Source: Thermodesulfobacteriota bacterium | Lineage (GTDB): Bacteria; Desulfobacterota; Binatia; UBA12015 | Assembly: GCA_040755575.1 (NCBI GenBank) | Contig: JBFMAS010000502.1 | Location: 1 to 43,243 of the forward strand | DNA: 43,243 nt | Reading direction: 5' to 3' | In this document: positions 1-12,073 of the stretch, in pieces | How positions within the stretch are numbered: position 1 is the first letter of the stretch | Layout of the letters: each line of letters starts with the position of its first letter | Notes under the pieces: generated by a model | Told to the model about the DNA's origin: nothing | Database searches by the model: none | What the model saw: the letters and a program-made list of their open reading frames with translations, nothing else | Position numbers and translations under genes: made by a program

Positions 1-694
1 GCGCCGCGCCCGAATGGAAGCCCAGCAGCGCGCTATAGCGCCACAGCTCCCGCCAGCCGGCCGGCGTGCGGTGCGCGACGCGAAGCCTCGGATCGAAGCG
101 CAGGTCCTCGCCCGCGCGCCACATCCGCCAGCCGAGCAGCCAGTCCTCCGACGCCCGCGCGTCGGGGAAGCCGCCGTGCCGCTGCCAGACGTCACGCCGC
201 ATCGCGAGGCATGCCGACGGCAGCATCCAGGTGCGCCGCGGCGGGCAGCTCGGCAGGGACTCCTTGAACTCGAGCAGGTGGCGCAGCCGCGCCGAGGGAC
301 GCGCCGGCGGGGCGAGCGCGATCGCGCCGCTCACCGCGCTCGCGCCCGCGTCGAGCGCCCGCACGGCGCTCGCGAGCAGGTCGGGCGCGGCGACGCAGTC
401 GCTGTCGACGAACAGCAGACGCGACGCGCGCGCGACGCGCGCTCCTTCGTTGCGCGCGACGCCCGGATGAGCGCGCGTCGCGAGACGCCGGCACTCGACG
501 CGCAGCGTTGGGGCGTCCGACCGCGCGCGCGCAACCGCTTCCGCGGTGGCGCCGTCGGGTGAGCTGTCGACGATCACCACCTCGAACGGCGGCGCTCCCT
601 GCTGCGCGGCGAGCGACGCGAGGCACGCGCCGATCGTCTGCTCCGCCCGGTAGGCGGGGATGACGACGGAGAGGGCGGGCTCCGCCGCCGTCAA
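1..694 (-). CDS. Family-2 (GT-A fold) glycosyltransferase, 3' end cut by window edge
   Basis: Absent from the ORF track because the frame runs off position 1. Hand translation of minus-strand codons 694-692 down to 4-2 is stop-free for 231 codons: (TTG)TAAEPALSVVIPAYRAEQTIGACLASLAAQQGAPPFEVVIVDSSPDG...ASRLLFVDSDCVAAPDLL...SACLAMRRDVWQRHGGFPD...WRELWRYSALLGFHSGAA. It carries the SVVIP.Y, VVDxSxD and DSD (DxD) signatures typical of GT2 enzymes. Start is tentatively TTG 694-692, overlapping the lptD TGA; there is no nearby in-frame ATG or GTG. Confidence 0.75.
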   Translation of the reverse strand, partial: MTAAEPALSVVIPAYRAEQTIGACLASLAAQQGAPPFEVVIVDSSPDGATAEAVARARSDAPTLRVECRRLATRAHPGVARNEGARVARASRLLFVDSDCVAAPDLLASAVRALDAGASAVSGAIALAPPARPSARLRHLLEFKESLPSCPPRRTWMLPSACLAMRRDVWQRHGGFPDARASEDWLLGWRMWRAGEDLRFDPRLRVAHRTPAGWRELWRYSALLGFHSGAA

Positions 695-3192
695 TACGAT
701 CTCCCGATCCCGGTCGGGTCGATCGCGCGCGGGACGGCCGCACCGGCGAACGTCTGCTGGAACGGCTGCTGCCCGAACGACCCCAGCCCGACCAGCGACA
801 CCTGCACCCGGACCCCGGTCGTGTCCGGGTTGACGCGGTCGATGAACGCGAAGTCGACCACCCAGCAGTCGCACGACGAGATCACGCGGAAGCCCGCCCA
901 GTTCTCGAGGAAGCTGTTGTCCAGCGCGTCGAAGCGGCCGAGGTAGGAGAGCGCGAAGTTGTTGGTCACGCGGTACGTCGTCGCGACGTTCAGGTTCTCG
1001 ACGGCGCCGCCGCCCGTGAACTGGTAGAACAGCGACAGCGAGTTGACCGGCCGAAGCTGCGGCAGGAACAGGTCGTCCGGTCCCGCGATGGGGCGCGGGT
1101 CCCAGAGATTCGCGCCCACGGCGGCGTACTGCAGCTGCGGCGTCTCGACCGAGTACACCATCCGGCCCTGCAGCCCGAAGAAGCTCACCGGCGTCACGCG
1201 CGCGCCGACCTCGACGCCCGAGAAGTGCTGCCCGGGGATGATGGGCTGCGAGATCTCGTAGCTCTGGCGGACGGTCGCACGCGCGAGCTCGCGGATGCGC
1301 TCGTCGGCCAGCGCCTGCACGGAGTCGCCGGTGATGCTCGGCGCGACGGGCGGGCCGTACGGCTGGTCGCCGACCAGCTCGTTGCCGAGCGTCTCACCGG
1401 CGGGGACCGTGTCGGTCAAGAGCGACGTCCCGCCGGTGCGTACCTTGGCGAGGAGCCGCGTCGTCACGCCGTACGTGATCGCGTTGCGCGCGCGAATCCG
1501 ATCGATCGCGTCGTAGAGCGGCAGGTCGTCCTGCGAGACGACCGGGGTGTAGTTGTACGCGAGGAACGGCTCGATCGTGTGCTTGAGCCTGCGGATCGAG
1601 CCCATGCGGCCGTCCACGTCGAACACGCGCGACACCTCGCTCTGCACGTTGTTGATCACCTGCAGGATCTCGCGGTGCTGGTAGTGCGGCACGACGCGCG
1701 TCGCGAACGTCGACTCCCCGGTCTCCTCGTCGACCATCTGCGGTCCGAACGGAATCTCGTTGTCGAACAGATAGTACACGGTCTCGCGCAGGATGAGCCG
1801 CAGGTTGCCGTAGGCGTACGGACCGAGCCGGAACGGGACCTGCGCCTCGGGGGCGAAGTCGAAGCGCGGCCCGGACGCGAGCGGAGCGCGGTAGTACTCG
1901 ACGGCCTCGGTGTTGAGACGCAGCAGCAGGCGCGAGTCGAGCAGGTTCTGGCGCCCCTGGAACGTGAGCCGGGGCAGCGCCTGCGGCACGCGCGACTGCT
2001 TGCCGATCAGGTCCTGCTTCCAGGTCACCTCGCCCTTGGCGAGGCCCCAGTCCCACACGTTCGAGATGCCCGCCCGGGACGTCGTGTAGCGCAGCGTCGT
2101 CAGGTTGATGTTCTGGTACGGCAGGTCGGTCAGCACGTTCATGTCGCGCAGGAAGAGGTTGTCGCTGACCAGGAACGGCTGCACGTAGATGCGGCTGCCG
2201 CCGGGACCGAGCTGCTGGTGATAGCCGATGATGCTGCCGCGGTTCTCCGGCACCTCCGGGTTGGCGAGCATCTGCGGGTCGACCACCTCGTCGGCGGTCG
2301 TGCCGCGGATCCGCTCGTTGAAGTACGTGATGCCCATGTTGCCGCCGGCCGTCGCGGACCACAGGTAGCGGTACTCGGCGAGCAGACCGATGCGGGCGGA
2401 CGTCTCGACGTCGAGCGAGATCGTCGCGTCGCTGCTCTTGTCGATCGCCCAGTAGAACGGCTGCACGTACTGGAAGCCGCGGCTGGTCTCGTAGCCGAAG
2501 CGGGGGAACAGGAAGCCCGTCTGGCGGTCGCGCAGCAGCGGAAAGATGCCGTACGGCAGGTACAGCACCGCGCGATCCTTGATCTTGAAGACGCCGTCGC
2601 GCAGGCGTCCCCAGCCGCCGAGCTCGACGTCGATCTCCTCGCCCGAGATGCTCCAGTCGGGTGCGCCGTCCTCGCACTGGCAGGTGGTGAACGTCCCGTC
2701 CCAGATGCGGTAGCTCTGTCCGATGCCCTTCTCGAGCCGCGCGCCGGTGATCTGGAAGCGCGACTGCGGCAGGTAGAGGTAGCCCTCCTCCAGGTAGCCG
2801 GTCTCGTCCTCGAGCAGGAACGACGCGCGCTCGGCGCGGATGCGGCCCTGCGGATCCTCGAGCACGACGGAGCCGCTCGCATCGGCCTGCCCCTTCTTGC
2901 GGTCGATCTCGATCTCGTCCGCGGCCAGCACGCTGCCGCCGACGGTCACGATGACGTCGCCGCGCGCGCGGATGGTGTCGGCCTCGCGGTCGTAGGAAAG
3001 GTCGTCGGCATCGATGGTCAGCGGCTCGTCGCCGCGTCCGTCGACGGCGAGCAGGCCCGGCACCGCCTGCGCATGGCCGCGGCGGACCAGCGTCACGGCC
3101 GCCACGTGCAGGAGCAGCACGAGCAGGAGCACCGTGCGCGCCGCGACCCGCAACCAGGCACGGGACCGCGCGCGCCGGCGCCGGCCCCTCAC
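691..3192 (-). CDS. lptD: LPS-assembly outer-membrane protein LptD (OstA family)
   Basis: Track ORF 691..3192 (833 aa). Signal-like N-terminus (RVAARTVLLLVLLLHVAAV). OstA-type N-domain (LTIDADDLSYDREADTIRARGDVIVT...VLAADEIEIDRKKGQADASGSVVLEDPQG). Long barrel-type C-region (GFLFPRFGYETSRGFQYVQPFYWAIDKSSD...). GTG start 3192-3190 overlaps the folC TGA. Confidence 0.88.
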   Translation of the reverse strand: MRGRRRRARSRAWLRVAARTVLLLVLLLHVAAVTLVRRGHAQAVPGLLAVDGRGDEPLTIDADDLSYDREADTIRARGDVIVTVGGSVLAADEIEIDRKKGQADASGSVVLEDPQGRIRAERASFLLEDETGYLEEGYLYLPQSRFQITGARLEKGIGQSYRIWDGTFTTCQCEDGAPDWSISGEEIDVELGGWGRLRDGVFKIKDRAVLYLPYGIFPLLRDRQTGFLFPRFGYETSRGFQYVQPFYWAIDKSSDATISLDVETSARIGLLAEYRYLWSATAGGNMGITYFNERIRGTTADEVVDPQMLANPEVPENRGSIIGYHQQLGPGGSRIYVQPFLVSDNLFLRDMNVLTDLPYQNINLTTLRYTTSRAGISNVWDWGLAKGEVTWKQDLIGKQSRVPQALPRLTFQGRQNLLDSRLLLRLNTEAVEYYRAPLASGPRFDFAPEAQVPFRLGPYAYGNLRLILRETVYYLFDNEIPFGPQMVDEETGESTFATRVVPHYQHREILQVINNVQSEVSRVFDVDGRMGSIRRLKHTIEPFLAYNYTPVVSQDDLPLYDAIDRIRARNAITYGVTTRLLAKVRTGGTSLLTDTVPAGETLGNELVGDQPYGPPVAPSITGDSVQALADERIRELARATVRQSYEISQPIIPGQHFSGVEVGARVTPVSFFGLQGRMVYSVETPQLQYAAVGANLWDPRPIAGPDDLFLPQLRPVNSLSLFYQFTGGGAVENLNVATTYRVTNNFALSYLGRFDALDNSFLENWAGFRVISSCDCWVVDFAFIDRVNPDTTGVRVQVSLVGLGSFGQQPFQQTFAGAAVPRAIDPTGIGRSY

Positions 3193-4457
3193 GCGGCCCC
3201 CGGCGGTACGAAGTCGTAGACGCTGGGCGCTCCCGCGCGCTCCATCAGCTCGGCGTAGATCCTGCCGACGAGGAACAGCGAGCCCGTGACCAGGACCGGC
3301 GTGTCACGGTCCTCGGCGATCAGGGTCGACAGCGCCGCCGCGGGCGGCACGATGACGCGCGGCGGCGCGGCGGGACGGAAGCCGCCCGCGAGCTCGCTGC
3401 CGGAGAGGCCGCGCTTGCCGCCGACCTCGGTGACGACCACCTCGCGCGCGACCGGCTGCAGCAGCTCCGCCATCTCGCGCCAGTGCTTGTCGCGCAACGC
3501 CGAGAACAGGAGGCGCACGGGGCCGGCGCCGGCGACGGCGGGCAGCGCCGCGCGCAGCGCGAGGACGCCCTGCACGTTGTGCGCGCCGTCGACGATCACG
3601 CGCGGCGCCGCGTGCACAACGGCGAGGCGGCCAGGCCAGCGCACGGTACGCAGCCCGCGCGCGAGCGCGGCCGCGTCGATCGCGAGGCGCGGCTCGGCCG
3701 CGCCGATCACCTCCAGCAAGCTGCCCGCCACCGCTGCGTTGCGTCGCATGTGGTCACCGCTCAGCGCAAGCGCATGGACGCTCGCAGCCGCGTCTTCCTT
3801 CACCTCGACCACGCGCGCGCCGATCCGTGCCGCCTGCTCGAGCAGCGCCTCGCGCGCCGGCGCGGCGATGCCGGGGCCGAGCACGACCGGCCTGCCCGGC
3901 CGCATCACGCCAGCCTTCTCGCGCGCGATGTCCGCGAGCGTGTCCCCGAGCCAGTCCTCGTGGTCGTAGTCGATCGCCGTGACGGCCGACGCGATCGGCT
4001 CGACGACGTTGGTCGCGTCGAGCCGCCCGCCGAGGCCGACCTCGAGCACCGCGAGGTCGACCGCGGCCTCGGCGAACGCGAGCAGCGCGAGCAACGTCGT
4101 CACCTCGAAGAAGGTGAGCCCCGTCCCCTCGACGTCGACCGTGCTGCGGATCTTCTCCGCGAGGCGCACGACGTCGTCGCGCGCGATCTCGGCGTCGCGG
4201 ATCCGGATCCGCTCGGTGAAGTGCACGAGGTGCGGCGAGGTGTAGAGCCCCGTCCGCCGGCCCGCCGCGCCGAGCGCCGCGTGCGCCATGGCGGCGGTCG
4301 ACCCCTTGCCGTTGGTGCCCGCGATCAGCACCGCCGGGTAGCGGCGCTCCGGCGAGCCGAGCCGCGCGAGCGCGTCGCGCATCCGCTCGAGCTTCAGGTC
4401 CCAGCCGCGGGTCGCCTCGAGGCCGACCAGCCAGGCGATCGTCTCGTCGTACGTCAC
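3189..4457 (-). CDS. folC: Bifunctional folylpolyglutamate synthase / dihydrofolate synthase
   Basis: Track ORF 3189..4457 (422 aa). Mur-ligase-type P-loop VLIAGTNGKGSTAAMAHAAL, TSPHLVHFTERIRI, and AIDYDHEDWLGDTLADIAREKAGV. GTG start. Confidence 0.9.
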   Translation of the reverse strand: MTYDETIAWLVGLEATRGWDLKLERMRDALARLGSPERRYPAVLIAGTNGKGSTAAMAHAALGAAGRRTGLYTSPHLVHFTERIRIRDAEIARDDVVRLAEKIRSTVDVEGTGLTFFEVTTLLALLAFAEAAVDLAVLEVGLGGRLDATNVVEPIASAVTAIDYDHEDWLGDTLADIAREKAGVMRPGRPVVLGPGIAAPAREALLEQAARIGARVVEVKEDAAASVHALALSGDHMRRNAAVAGSLLEVIGAAEPRLAIDAAALARGLRTVRWPGRLAVVHAAPRVIVDGAHNVQGVLALRAALPAVAGAGPVRLLFSALRDKHWREMAELLQPVAREVVVTEVGGKRGLSGSELAGGFRPAAPPRVIVPPAAALSTLIAEDRDTPVLVTGSLFLVGRIYAELMERAGAPSVYDFVPPGAA

Positions 4458-4493
4458 GGCCGAGGAGCGTGCGCGGCGGCTCGCGCTGCGACG

Positions 4494-5380
<887 letters not shown>

Positions 5381-5384
<4 letters not shown>

Positions 5385-6259
5385 GTCAGCGGTTCCGGCC
5401 GCCGCGTCGCCGCCTTCAGGCTGCGCGCGAGGGACTCCACCGCGGCGACGGCGGCCGCGGCGTCGGGCGCGTCCTCGACGAGCTTCGAGAGCGCGCTGCC
5501 GACGATGACGGCGTCGCACATCGCGCTCACCCGGGCCGCCTGCTCGGGCCTCGAGATGCCGAAGCCGACGCCGACGGGCAGCTGCGTCTCGCCGCGAATG
5601 GTCCGTACGAGCCCGGCGATCCGCTCGGGGTCCGCCGCCTTCACGCCGGTCACGCCGGTCACCGAGACGAAGTAGACGAAGCCGCTCGCCGCGGCGAGGA
5701 CGCGGTGGATCCGCCCGTGCGTGCTGGTCGGCGCGAGGAGGAAGATCATGTCGAGGCCGGCGGCACGCAGCGGCAGCCGCAGCTCGTCCGCCTCCTCGGG
5801 CGGCATGTCGACGCACAGCAGCGCGTCGGCGCCGGCGGCAGCGGCCGCGCGTGCGAGCGGCTCCGCCCCGAAGCGCAGGAACGGATTCGCGTAGCCGAAC
5901 ACCACCACCGGGACGTCCGAGCGCCGCCGGAAATCGGCGACCAGGTCGAGGACGCCGCGCAACGTCGTACCCGCGCGCAGCGCGCGCTCGGCGGCGCGCT
6001 GGTGGATGGGACCGTCCGCCATCGGATCGGAGAACGGCACGCCGAGCTCGATGACGTCCGCTTCGGCGCGCACCAGCGCATCCATGAGCTGCGCCGTCGT
6101 GTCGAGGCCGCGGTCGCCCGCCATGAGGAACGGCACGAACGCCGCCTCGTTGCGCGCGCGCAGCGCGGCGAAGCGCCGCGCGAGGCGGCCGCCGACGTCG
6201 GCGTCGGGCTGCGTCGCGGGCGCGCCGCGCGTGGCCGTCTCGGACGCCGGGATCGTCAT
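5381..6259 (-). CDS. trpA: Tryptophan synthase alpha chain
   Basis: C-terminal 292 codons of track ORF 5381..7075: MTIPASE...[17 protein letters not shown]...[22 protein letters not shown]...VSVTGVTG...[17 protein letters not shown] 6259-6257 overlaps the trpB TGA (ATGA). This gives about a 20-aa N-terminal extension over typical TrpA, so a downstream in-frame GTG start is possible. Confidence 0.9.
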
Positions 6260-7470
6260 CGCCCTGCCCCACCGGCGCGGATCGCGTCGCCGCGCGCCGC
6301 CGCGACGGTCTCCATGTCCTTGTCGCCGCGCCCGGAGAGGGAGACGACGATCGACTGGTCGCGGGGAAGCGTCGGGGCGAGGCGGATCGCGTGCGCGATC
6401 GCGTGCGCCGTCTCGAGCGCCGGGATGATGCCCTCGGTGCGCGCGAGGCGCTCGAGCGCGTCGAGCGCCTCGTCGTCCGTCGCGGTGACGTAGGTCGCGA
6501 GCCCGTGGTCCTTCAGGTAGCTGTGCTCGGGCCCGACGCCGGGATAGTCGAGCCCCGCCGAGATCGAGTGCGCCTCCCGCACCTGTCCGAGCTCGTCCTG
6601 CAGGAGGTAGGACTTCGCGCCGTGCAGCACGCCGCTCTGCCCGGCGCTGAGCGTCGCCGCGTGCCTGCCGGTGTCGAGCCCGAGGCCCGCCGCCTCGACG
6701 CCGACCAGGCGCACGCCTGGGTCGCCGAGGAAGGGGTGAAAGAGGCCGATCGCGTTCGACCCGCCGCCGACGCACGCGATCAGCACGTCGGGTAGGCGTC
6801 CGGTCGCACGCCGGATCTGGCGCCGCGCCTCGCGGCCGATCACGCTCTGCAGCTCGCGCACCAGCATCGGGTAGGGATGCGGCCCCGCCGCGGAGCCGAT
6901 CATGTAGTAGGTGTCCTCGACGGTGCTGATCCAGTCGCGCAGCGCCTCGTTCATGGCGTCCTTCAGCGTGCGGCTGCCGCTGTCGACGACCCGCACCGAG
7001 GCGCCGAGCAGCTTCATGCGGAAGACGTTCAGTGCTTGACGCCGGACGTCCTCGGCGCCCATGAACACCTCGCACTCGAGGCCGAAGCGCGCCGCCGCCG
7101 TCGCCGACGCCACGCCGTGCTGTCCGGCGCCCGTCTCGGCGATGATGCGGCGCTTGCCCATGCGGACCGCCAGCAGGACCTGCCCCATCGTGTTGTTGAT
7201 CTTGTGCGCGCCGGTGTGACAGAGGTCCTCGCGCTTGAGCCAGATCTGCGCGCCGCCGAGCTCGTCGGAGAGACGCCTGGCGTGCGTCAGCGGCGTCGGC
7301 CGGCCGACGTACTCCCCGAGCAGCGCGTCGAGCTCGGCCTTGAAGCCCTTGTCCTTGCGGATCCGCAGCCAGGCCTCCTCGAGCTCGAGCAGCGCCGGCA
7401 TGAGCGTCTCGCTGACGTAGCGGCCTCCGAACGGGCCGAAGTGTCCTCGACGATCAGGCAGCTTTTGCAT
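6256..7470 (-). CDS. trpB: Tryptophan synthase beta chain
   Basis: Track ORF 6256..7470 (404 aa): [19 protein letters not shown]..., the PLP-lysine motif [16 protein letters not shown], and GVGPEHSYL. Confidence 0.97.
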   Translation of the reverse strand: MQKLPDRRGHFGPFGGRYVSETLMPALLELEEAWLRIRKDKGFKAELDALLGEYVGRPTPLTHARRLSDELGGAQIWLKREDLCHTGAHKINNTMGQVLLAVRMGKRRIIAETGAGQHGVASATAAARFGLECEVFMGAEDVRRQALNVFRMKLLGASVRVVDSGSRTLKDAMNEALRDWISTVEDTYYMIGSAAGPHPYPMLVRELQSVIGREARRQIRRATGRLPDVLIACVGGGSNAIGLFHPFLGDPGVRLVGVEAAGLGLDTGRHAATLSAGQSGVLHGAKSYLLQDELGQVREAHSISAGLDYPGVGPEHSYLKDHGLATYVTATDDEALDALERLARTEGIIPALETAHAIAHAIRLAPTLPRDQSIVVSLSGRGDKDMETVAAARGDAIRAGGAGR

Positions 7471-8098
7471 GCGTCACCAGCGCGAGCATGCGCGCGCGGT
7501 CCTTCCTTCCCGGCGCGCTCTCGACGCCGCTCGCAACGTCGATCGCGAACGGCCGCAGCGTGCGCACCGCGTCCGCCACGTTGTCGGGCGTCAAGCCGCC
7601 CGCCAGGAACAGGCGAGACGGCGGCACGGCGCGCGCCCAGCTCCAGTCGAACGACGCACCGGCGCCGCCGTAGGCGGAGCCGGCGTCGCCCTCGCACAGG
7701 AAGTAATCCACGTGCCATTGCTCCATGGCGCGGGCGGCGTCGTCCGGGCCACGGAGCCGCACGGCACGGATGACCTTCGGCGCGAGCCCGCGCGCCGCCT
7801 CGGGCTGCTCGTCGCCGTGGAGCTGGATCGCATCGAGCGCGAGCGCGTCGCGCAGCCGCTCGATCTCGCTGCGTGCCGCGTTGACGAACACCCCGACGCG
7901 CCACACTGCGGCGGGGAGCACGGCGACGATCTCCCGCGCGCGCTCGAGCGTCACGCACCGCTTGCTGCCCGGGAAGAAGTTGAGCCCGATCATGTCCGCG
8001 CCCGCCTCGACGGCGGCCTGCGCGTCGAGAGCGCTCGTCACGCCGCAGATCTTGATGCGCACCCGCGGTTGCGCGGCGCCGTGCGTGGCGATCGTCAC
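7454..8098 (-). CDS. trpF: Phosphoribosylanthranilate isomerase
   Basis: C-terminal part of track ORF 7454..8725: (V)[48 protein letters not shown]...[16 protein letters not shown]. Start placed at GTG 8098-8096, overlapping the trpC TGA. In-frame GTG 8062-8060 (VRIKICGV) is an alternative. The 3' end overlaps the trpB start by 17 nt. Confidence 0.88.
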   Translation of the reverse strand: MTIATHGAAQPRVRIKICGVTSALDAQAAVEAGADMIGLNFFPGSKRCVTLERAREIVAVLPAAVWRVGVFVNAARSEIERLRDALALDAIQLHGDEQPEAARGLAPKVIRAVRLRGPDDAARAMEQWHVDYFLCEGDAGSAYGGAGASFDWSWARAVPPSRLFLAGGLTPDNVADAVRTLRPFAIDVASGVESAPGRKDRARMLALVTHAKAA

Positions 8099-8910
8099 GC
8101 CACCTCCGCCGCCTGGCGCAGCATCTCGTGCAGCGCTGCACCGGGGTCGGGTGCAGTCATGAGCGCCTCGCCGACGAGGAACGCGCCGATGCCCGCGCGC
8201 CCGAGGCGCGCCAGATCGCGGCCGTCGCGGAGGCCGCTCTCGGCGACCACCACTGCCTGCTGCGGCAGAAGACCCGCGAGGCGCTCGCTCGTCGCCAGGT
8301 CGGTCACGAAGGTGCGCAGGTTGCGGTTGTTGATCCCGATGATCCGCGCTTCCGCACCGATGGCATGCCGCACCTCCATCTCGTCGTGCACCTCGACGAG
8401 CACCTCGAGGCCGAGGTCGCGAGCGACGCGGTGCAGCTCGCGCAGGATCACGGGCGGCAGCGTCGCCGCGATGAGCAGCACAGCGTCCGCGCCCGCCGCC
8501 CGCGCTTCCTCGAGCTGGTAGGCGTCGATGACGAAGTCCTTGCGCAGCACGGGCACGGACACCGCCGCGCGAACCGCCTTGAGATGCTCGAGCGTCCCCC
8601 CGAAGTAGCGCTCGTTGGTCAGCACCGAGATCGCCGCCGCACCCGAGGCGGCGTAGCCGCGGGCGATCGCGACCGGATCGTACGGGTCGCGCAGCACCCC
8701 CTTCGACGGCGAGCGGCGCTTGCACTCGGCGATCACGGCCGGGCGGCGGGCGCGGAGCGCCGCGATGAGGCTGCGGCGCGGAGCGGCGTAGCCGGGGTCG
8801 CGGCGCAGCTCGTCGATCGTCCGGCGGCGACGTGCGTCGTCGATGACGTCGCGCTGGTGCGCGACGATCTCGGACAGGATGTCGGGAGTGTGCCGTTCGT
8901 CGGTTGCCAT
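8095..8910 (-). CDS. trpC: Indole-3-glycerol-phosphate synthase
   Basis: Track ORF 8095..8910 (271 aa): AVIAECKRRSPSKGVLR, AISVLTNERYFGG, LRKDFVIDAYQLEEARAAGADAVLLI, IGINNRNLRTF. Confidence 0.95.
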   Translation of the reverse strand: MATDERHTPDILSEIVAHQRDVIDDARRRRTIDELRRDPGYAAPRRSLIAALRARRPAVIAECKRRSPSKGVLRDPYDPVAIARGYAASGAAAISVLTNERYFGGTLEHLKAVRAAVSVPVLRKDFVIDAYQLEEARAAGADAVLLIAATLPPVILRELHRVARDLGLEVLVEVHDEMEVRHAIGAEARIIGINNRNLRTFVTDLATSERLAGLLPQQAVVVAESGLRDGRDLARLGRAGIGAFLVGEALMTAPDPGAALHEMLRQAAEVA

Positions 8911-8966
8911 CGCTCGCGGGTCCGTGGTCCCGGGAACACTAGCACGCGGCCACGAGGCGTCACCCG

Positions 8967-10012
<1,046 letters not shown>

Positions 10013-10016
<4 letters not shown>

Positions 10017-10597
10017 GCGGCCCCGACCCGGGCGAGGAAGTTCTCGAGCAGCCGCTTCCCGCAGACCGTGAGGATCGACTCGGGATGGAACTGCACGCCC
10101 TCGAGCGGCCAGGTCGCGTGACGGACGCCCATGATGGTCCGCTCGCCCTCGTCGTCCGTCCACGCGGTGACCTGGAGGTCCTTCGGCAGGGTGCGCGGAT
10201 CGATCACCAGCGAGTGGTACCGCGTCGCCTCGAAAGGGTTCGGCAATCCGGCGAACACGCCGACGCCCTCGTGGTGGATGGGCGACGTCTTGCCGTGCAT
10301 GATGCGCGGCGCCCGGATCACGTCGCCGCCGAGCGCCGCGCCGATCGCCTGATGTCCGAGGCAGACGCCGAGCGTCGGGATGCGGCTCGCGCAGCGTTGG
10401 ACGAGCGCCACCGAGATGCCCGCCTCGCGCGGCGTGCACGGACCCGGCGAGATGACGATCGCCGCCGGGCGCATCGCCTCGACCTCGTCCACCGTGACGG
10501 CGTCGTTGCGCCGCACCTCGACCTCGGCACCGAGCTCGCAGAGGTACTGCACGAGGTTGTAGGTGAACGAATCGTAGTTATCAAGCATCAAAATCAT
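10013..10597 (-). CDS. trpG: Anthranilate synthase component II (glutamine amidotransferase)
   Basis: Track ORF 10013..10654 trimmed by 19 codons to [26 protein letters not shown]...; catalytic [10 protein letters not shown] and [11 protein letters not shown] 10597-10595 overlaps the trpE TGA (ATGA). Confidence 0.95.
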
Positions 10598-12069
10598 TGG
10601 AGAGTTTCCGCCATCTCGACCGCGGCGAAGACCGCGCGCACCTTGCGGACGCACTCCTCGTGCTCGTACTGCGGGTCCGAGTCGGCGACCACGCCGGCGC
10701 CCGCCTGCACGTGCACCTTGCCGCCGGCGAGGACGGCGGTGCGGATGGTGATCGCCGTGTCCATCGAGCCGGAGAAGCCGAAGTAGCCGAAGGCGCCGCC
10801 GTAGATCCCGCGTCGCCGCGGCTCGAGCTCGTCGATGATCTGCATCGCCCGCACCTTCGGCGCGCCCGACAGGGTGCCCGCGGGGAAGGCGGCGCGGAGT
10901 GCGTCGATCGCGTCGAAGCCCGGCGCGACGCGACCCTCGACGTTCGACACGATGTGCATCACGTGCGAGTAGCGCTCGACCACGAACTGCTCGGTCACCT
11001 CGACGGAGCCCGGCACCGCGACGCGTCCGACGTCGTTACGGCCGAGGTCGAGCAGCATGACGTGCTCCGCGCGCTCCTTCGGGTCGGCGAGCATCTTCGC
11101 GGCGAGCTTCTCGTCCTCGGCGGGCGACGCCGCCCGCGGATGCGTGCCCGCGATCGGCCGGACCGTCATGCGGCCGTCCTCGAGCCGCACCAGCACCTCG
11201 GGCGAGGCGCCCACGACCGCCAGGTCGCCGAGCTCCATGTGGTAGAGATAGGGCGACGGGTTGATCGAGCGCAGGCAGCGGTAGACGTCGAACGGCGCGG
11301 CGCTGGTCGCGCGCGAGAAGCGCTGCGCGAGCACGACCTGGATGACGTCGCCCGCGACGATGTACTCCTTGGCCCGAACGACGGCGGCACGAAACGCCTC
11401 GGGCGTCATGGTCGACTCGACCGGCCGTGACGGCGCGCTCTCGAAGCGCGCGGGCAGCGGCCGGACCGGCTCGTCGAGCCGCTGCGCGAGCTCCTCGACG
11501 CGACGCACGGCCTCCCCGTATGCGCGCTCCTCGCCGAGGCTCAGGTCGGCGTGCGTCAAGACCAGCAGCTTCTGGTCCCTGCTGTCGAAGATGACGAGCG
11601 TGTCGGCGAGCAGCAGGTGGAGATCGGCAAAGCCGAGGTCGTCGGGCGGCGGCGACTCGAGGCGCTCGATCCAGCGCACGGCGTCGTAGGCCACGTAGCC
11701 GACGAGCCCCCCGGTGAAGCGGGGCAGCCCGGGCACGGCGGGGACGCGGTAGCCCGCCAGCACCTCCCGCACGAACAGCAGCGGGTCGACGCCCTTGCGC
11801 GCGGTGACGGAGCCGTCGTCGCGGATCAGCTCGACGTCGCGGCCGCGCGCCACGAGGCGCGCCAAGGGGTCGGTGACGATGAAGCTGTAGCGCCCCCAGC
11901 GCTCGCCGCCGACGGCGCTCTCGAGCAGGCCGCCGTAGGCGCCGCGGTGCAGCTTGCGGAACGCGCTGACCGGCGTGTCGCGGTCCGACAGCAGCTCGCC
12001 CCACACCGGGACGTGCGTCGCGTTCTCGGCGAGGCGCGCGAACTGCGCCCGGCTCGGCAGGATGCGCAC
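10594..12069 (-). CDS. trpE: Anthranilate synthase component I
   Basis: Track ORF 10594..12069 (491 aa): [16 protein letters not shown], chorismate-binding C-domain [12 protein letters not shown]...[19 protein letters not shown]...[15 protein letters not shown]...[16 protein letters not shown] start lies 4 nt after the SPOR-gene stop. Confidence 0.96.
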   Translation of the reverse strand: MRILPSRAQFARLAENATHVPVWGELLSDRDTPVSAFRKLHRGAYGGLLESAVGGERWGRYSFIVTDPLARLVARGRDVELIRDDGSVTARKGVDPLLFVREVLAGYRVPAVPGLPRFTGGLVGYVAYDAVRWIERLESPPPDDLGFADLHLLLADTLVIFDSRDQKLLVLTHADLSLGEERAYGEAVRRVEELAQRLDEPVRPLPARFESAPSRPVESTMTPEAFRAAVVRAKEYIVAGDVIQVVLAQRFSRATSAAPFDVYRCLRSINPSPYLYHMELGDLAVVGASPEVLVRLEDGRMTVRPIAGTHPRAASPAEDEKLAAKMLADPKERAEHVMLLDLGRNDVGRVAVPGSVEVTEQFVVERYSHVMHIVSNVEGRVAPGFDAIDALRAAFPAGTLSGAPKVRAMQIIDELEPRRRGIYGGAFGYFGFSGSMDTAITIRTAVLAGGKVHVQAGAGVVADSDPQYEHEECVRKVRAVFAAVEMAETLQ

Positions 12070-12073
12070 GCGC

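Noticed and set aside
1225-3219. Plus-strand ORF of 664 aa antisense to lptD. Similar cases are 3483..5675 (730 aa), 12901..14787 (628 aa), 19425..21107 (560 aa), 21217..22563, 30126..31433 and 31468..32649.
   Set aside because: All are antisense to confidently identified genes and have the same Arg/Ala/Asp/His-rich composition with no motifs. They are GC-driven shadow ORFs.
8911-8966. Near-palindrome GTGGTCCCGGGAACAC in the 56-nt trpD-trpC gap, considered as an internal regulatory hairpin.
   Set aside because: The imperfect palindrome leaves no loop and has a central mismatch. It is indistinguishable from the background GC-rich self-complementarity.
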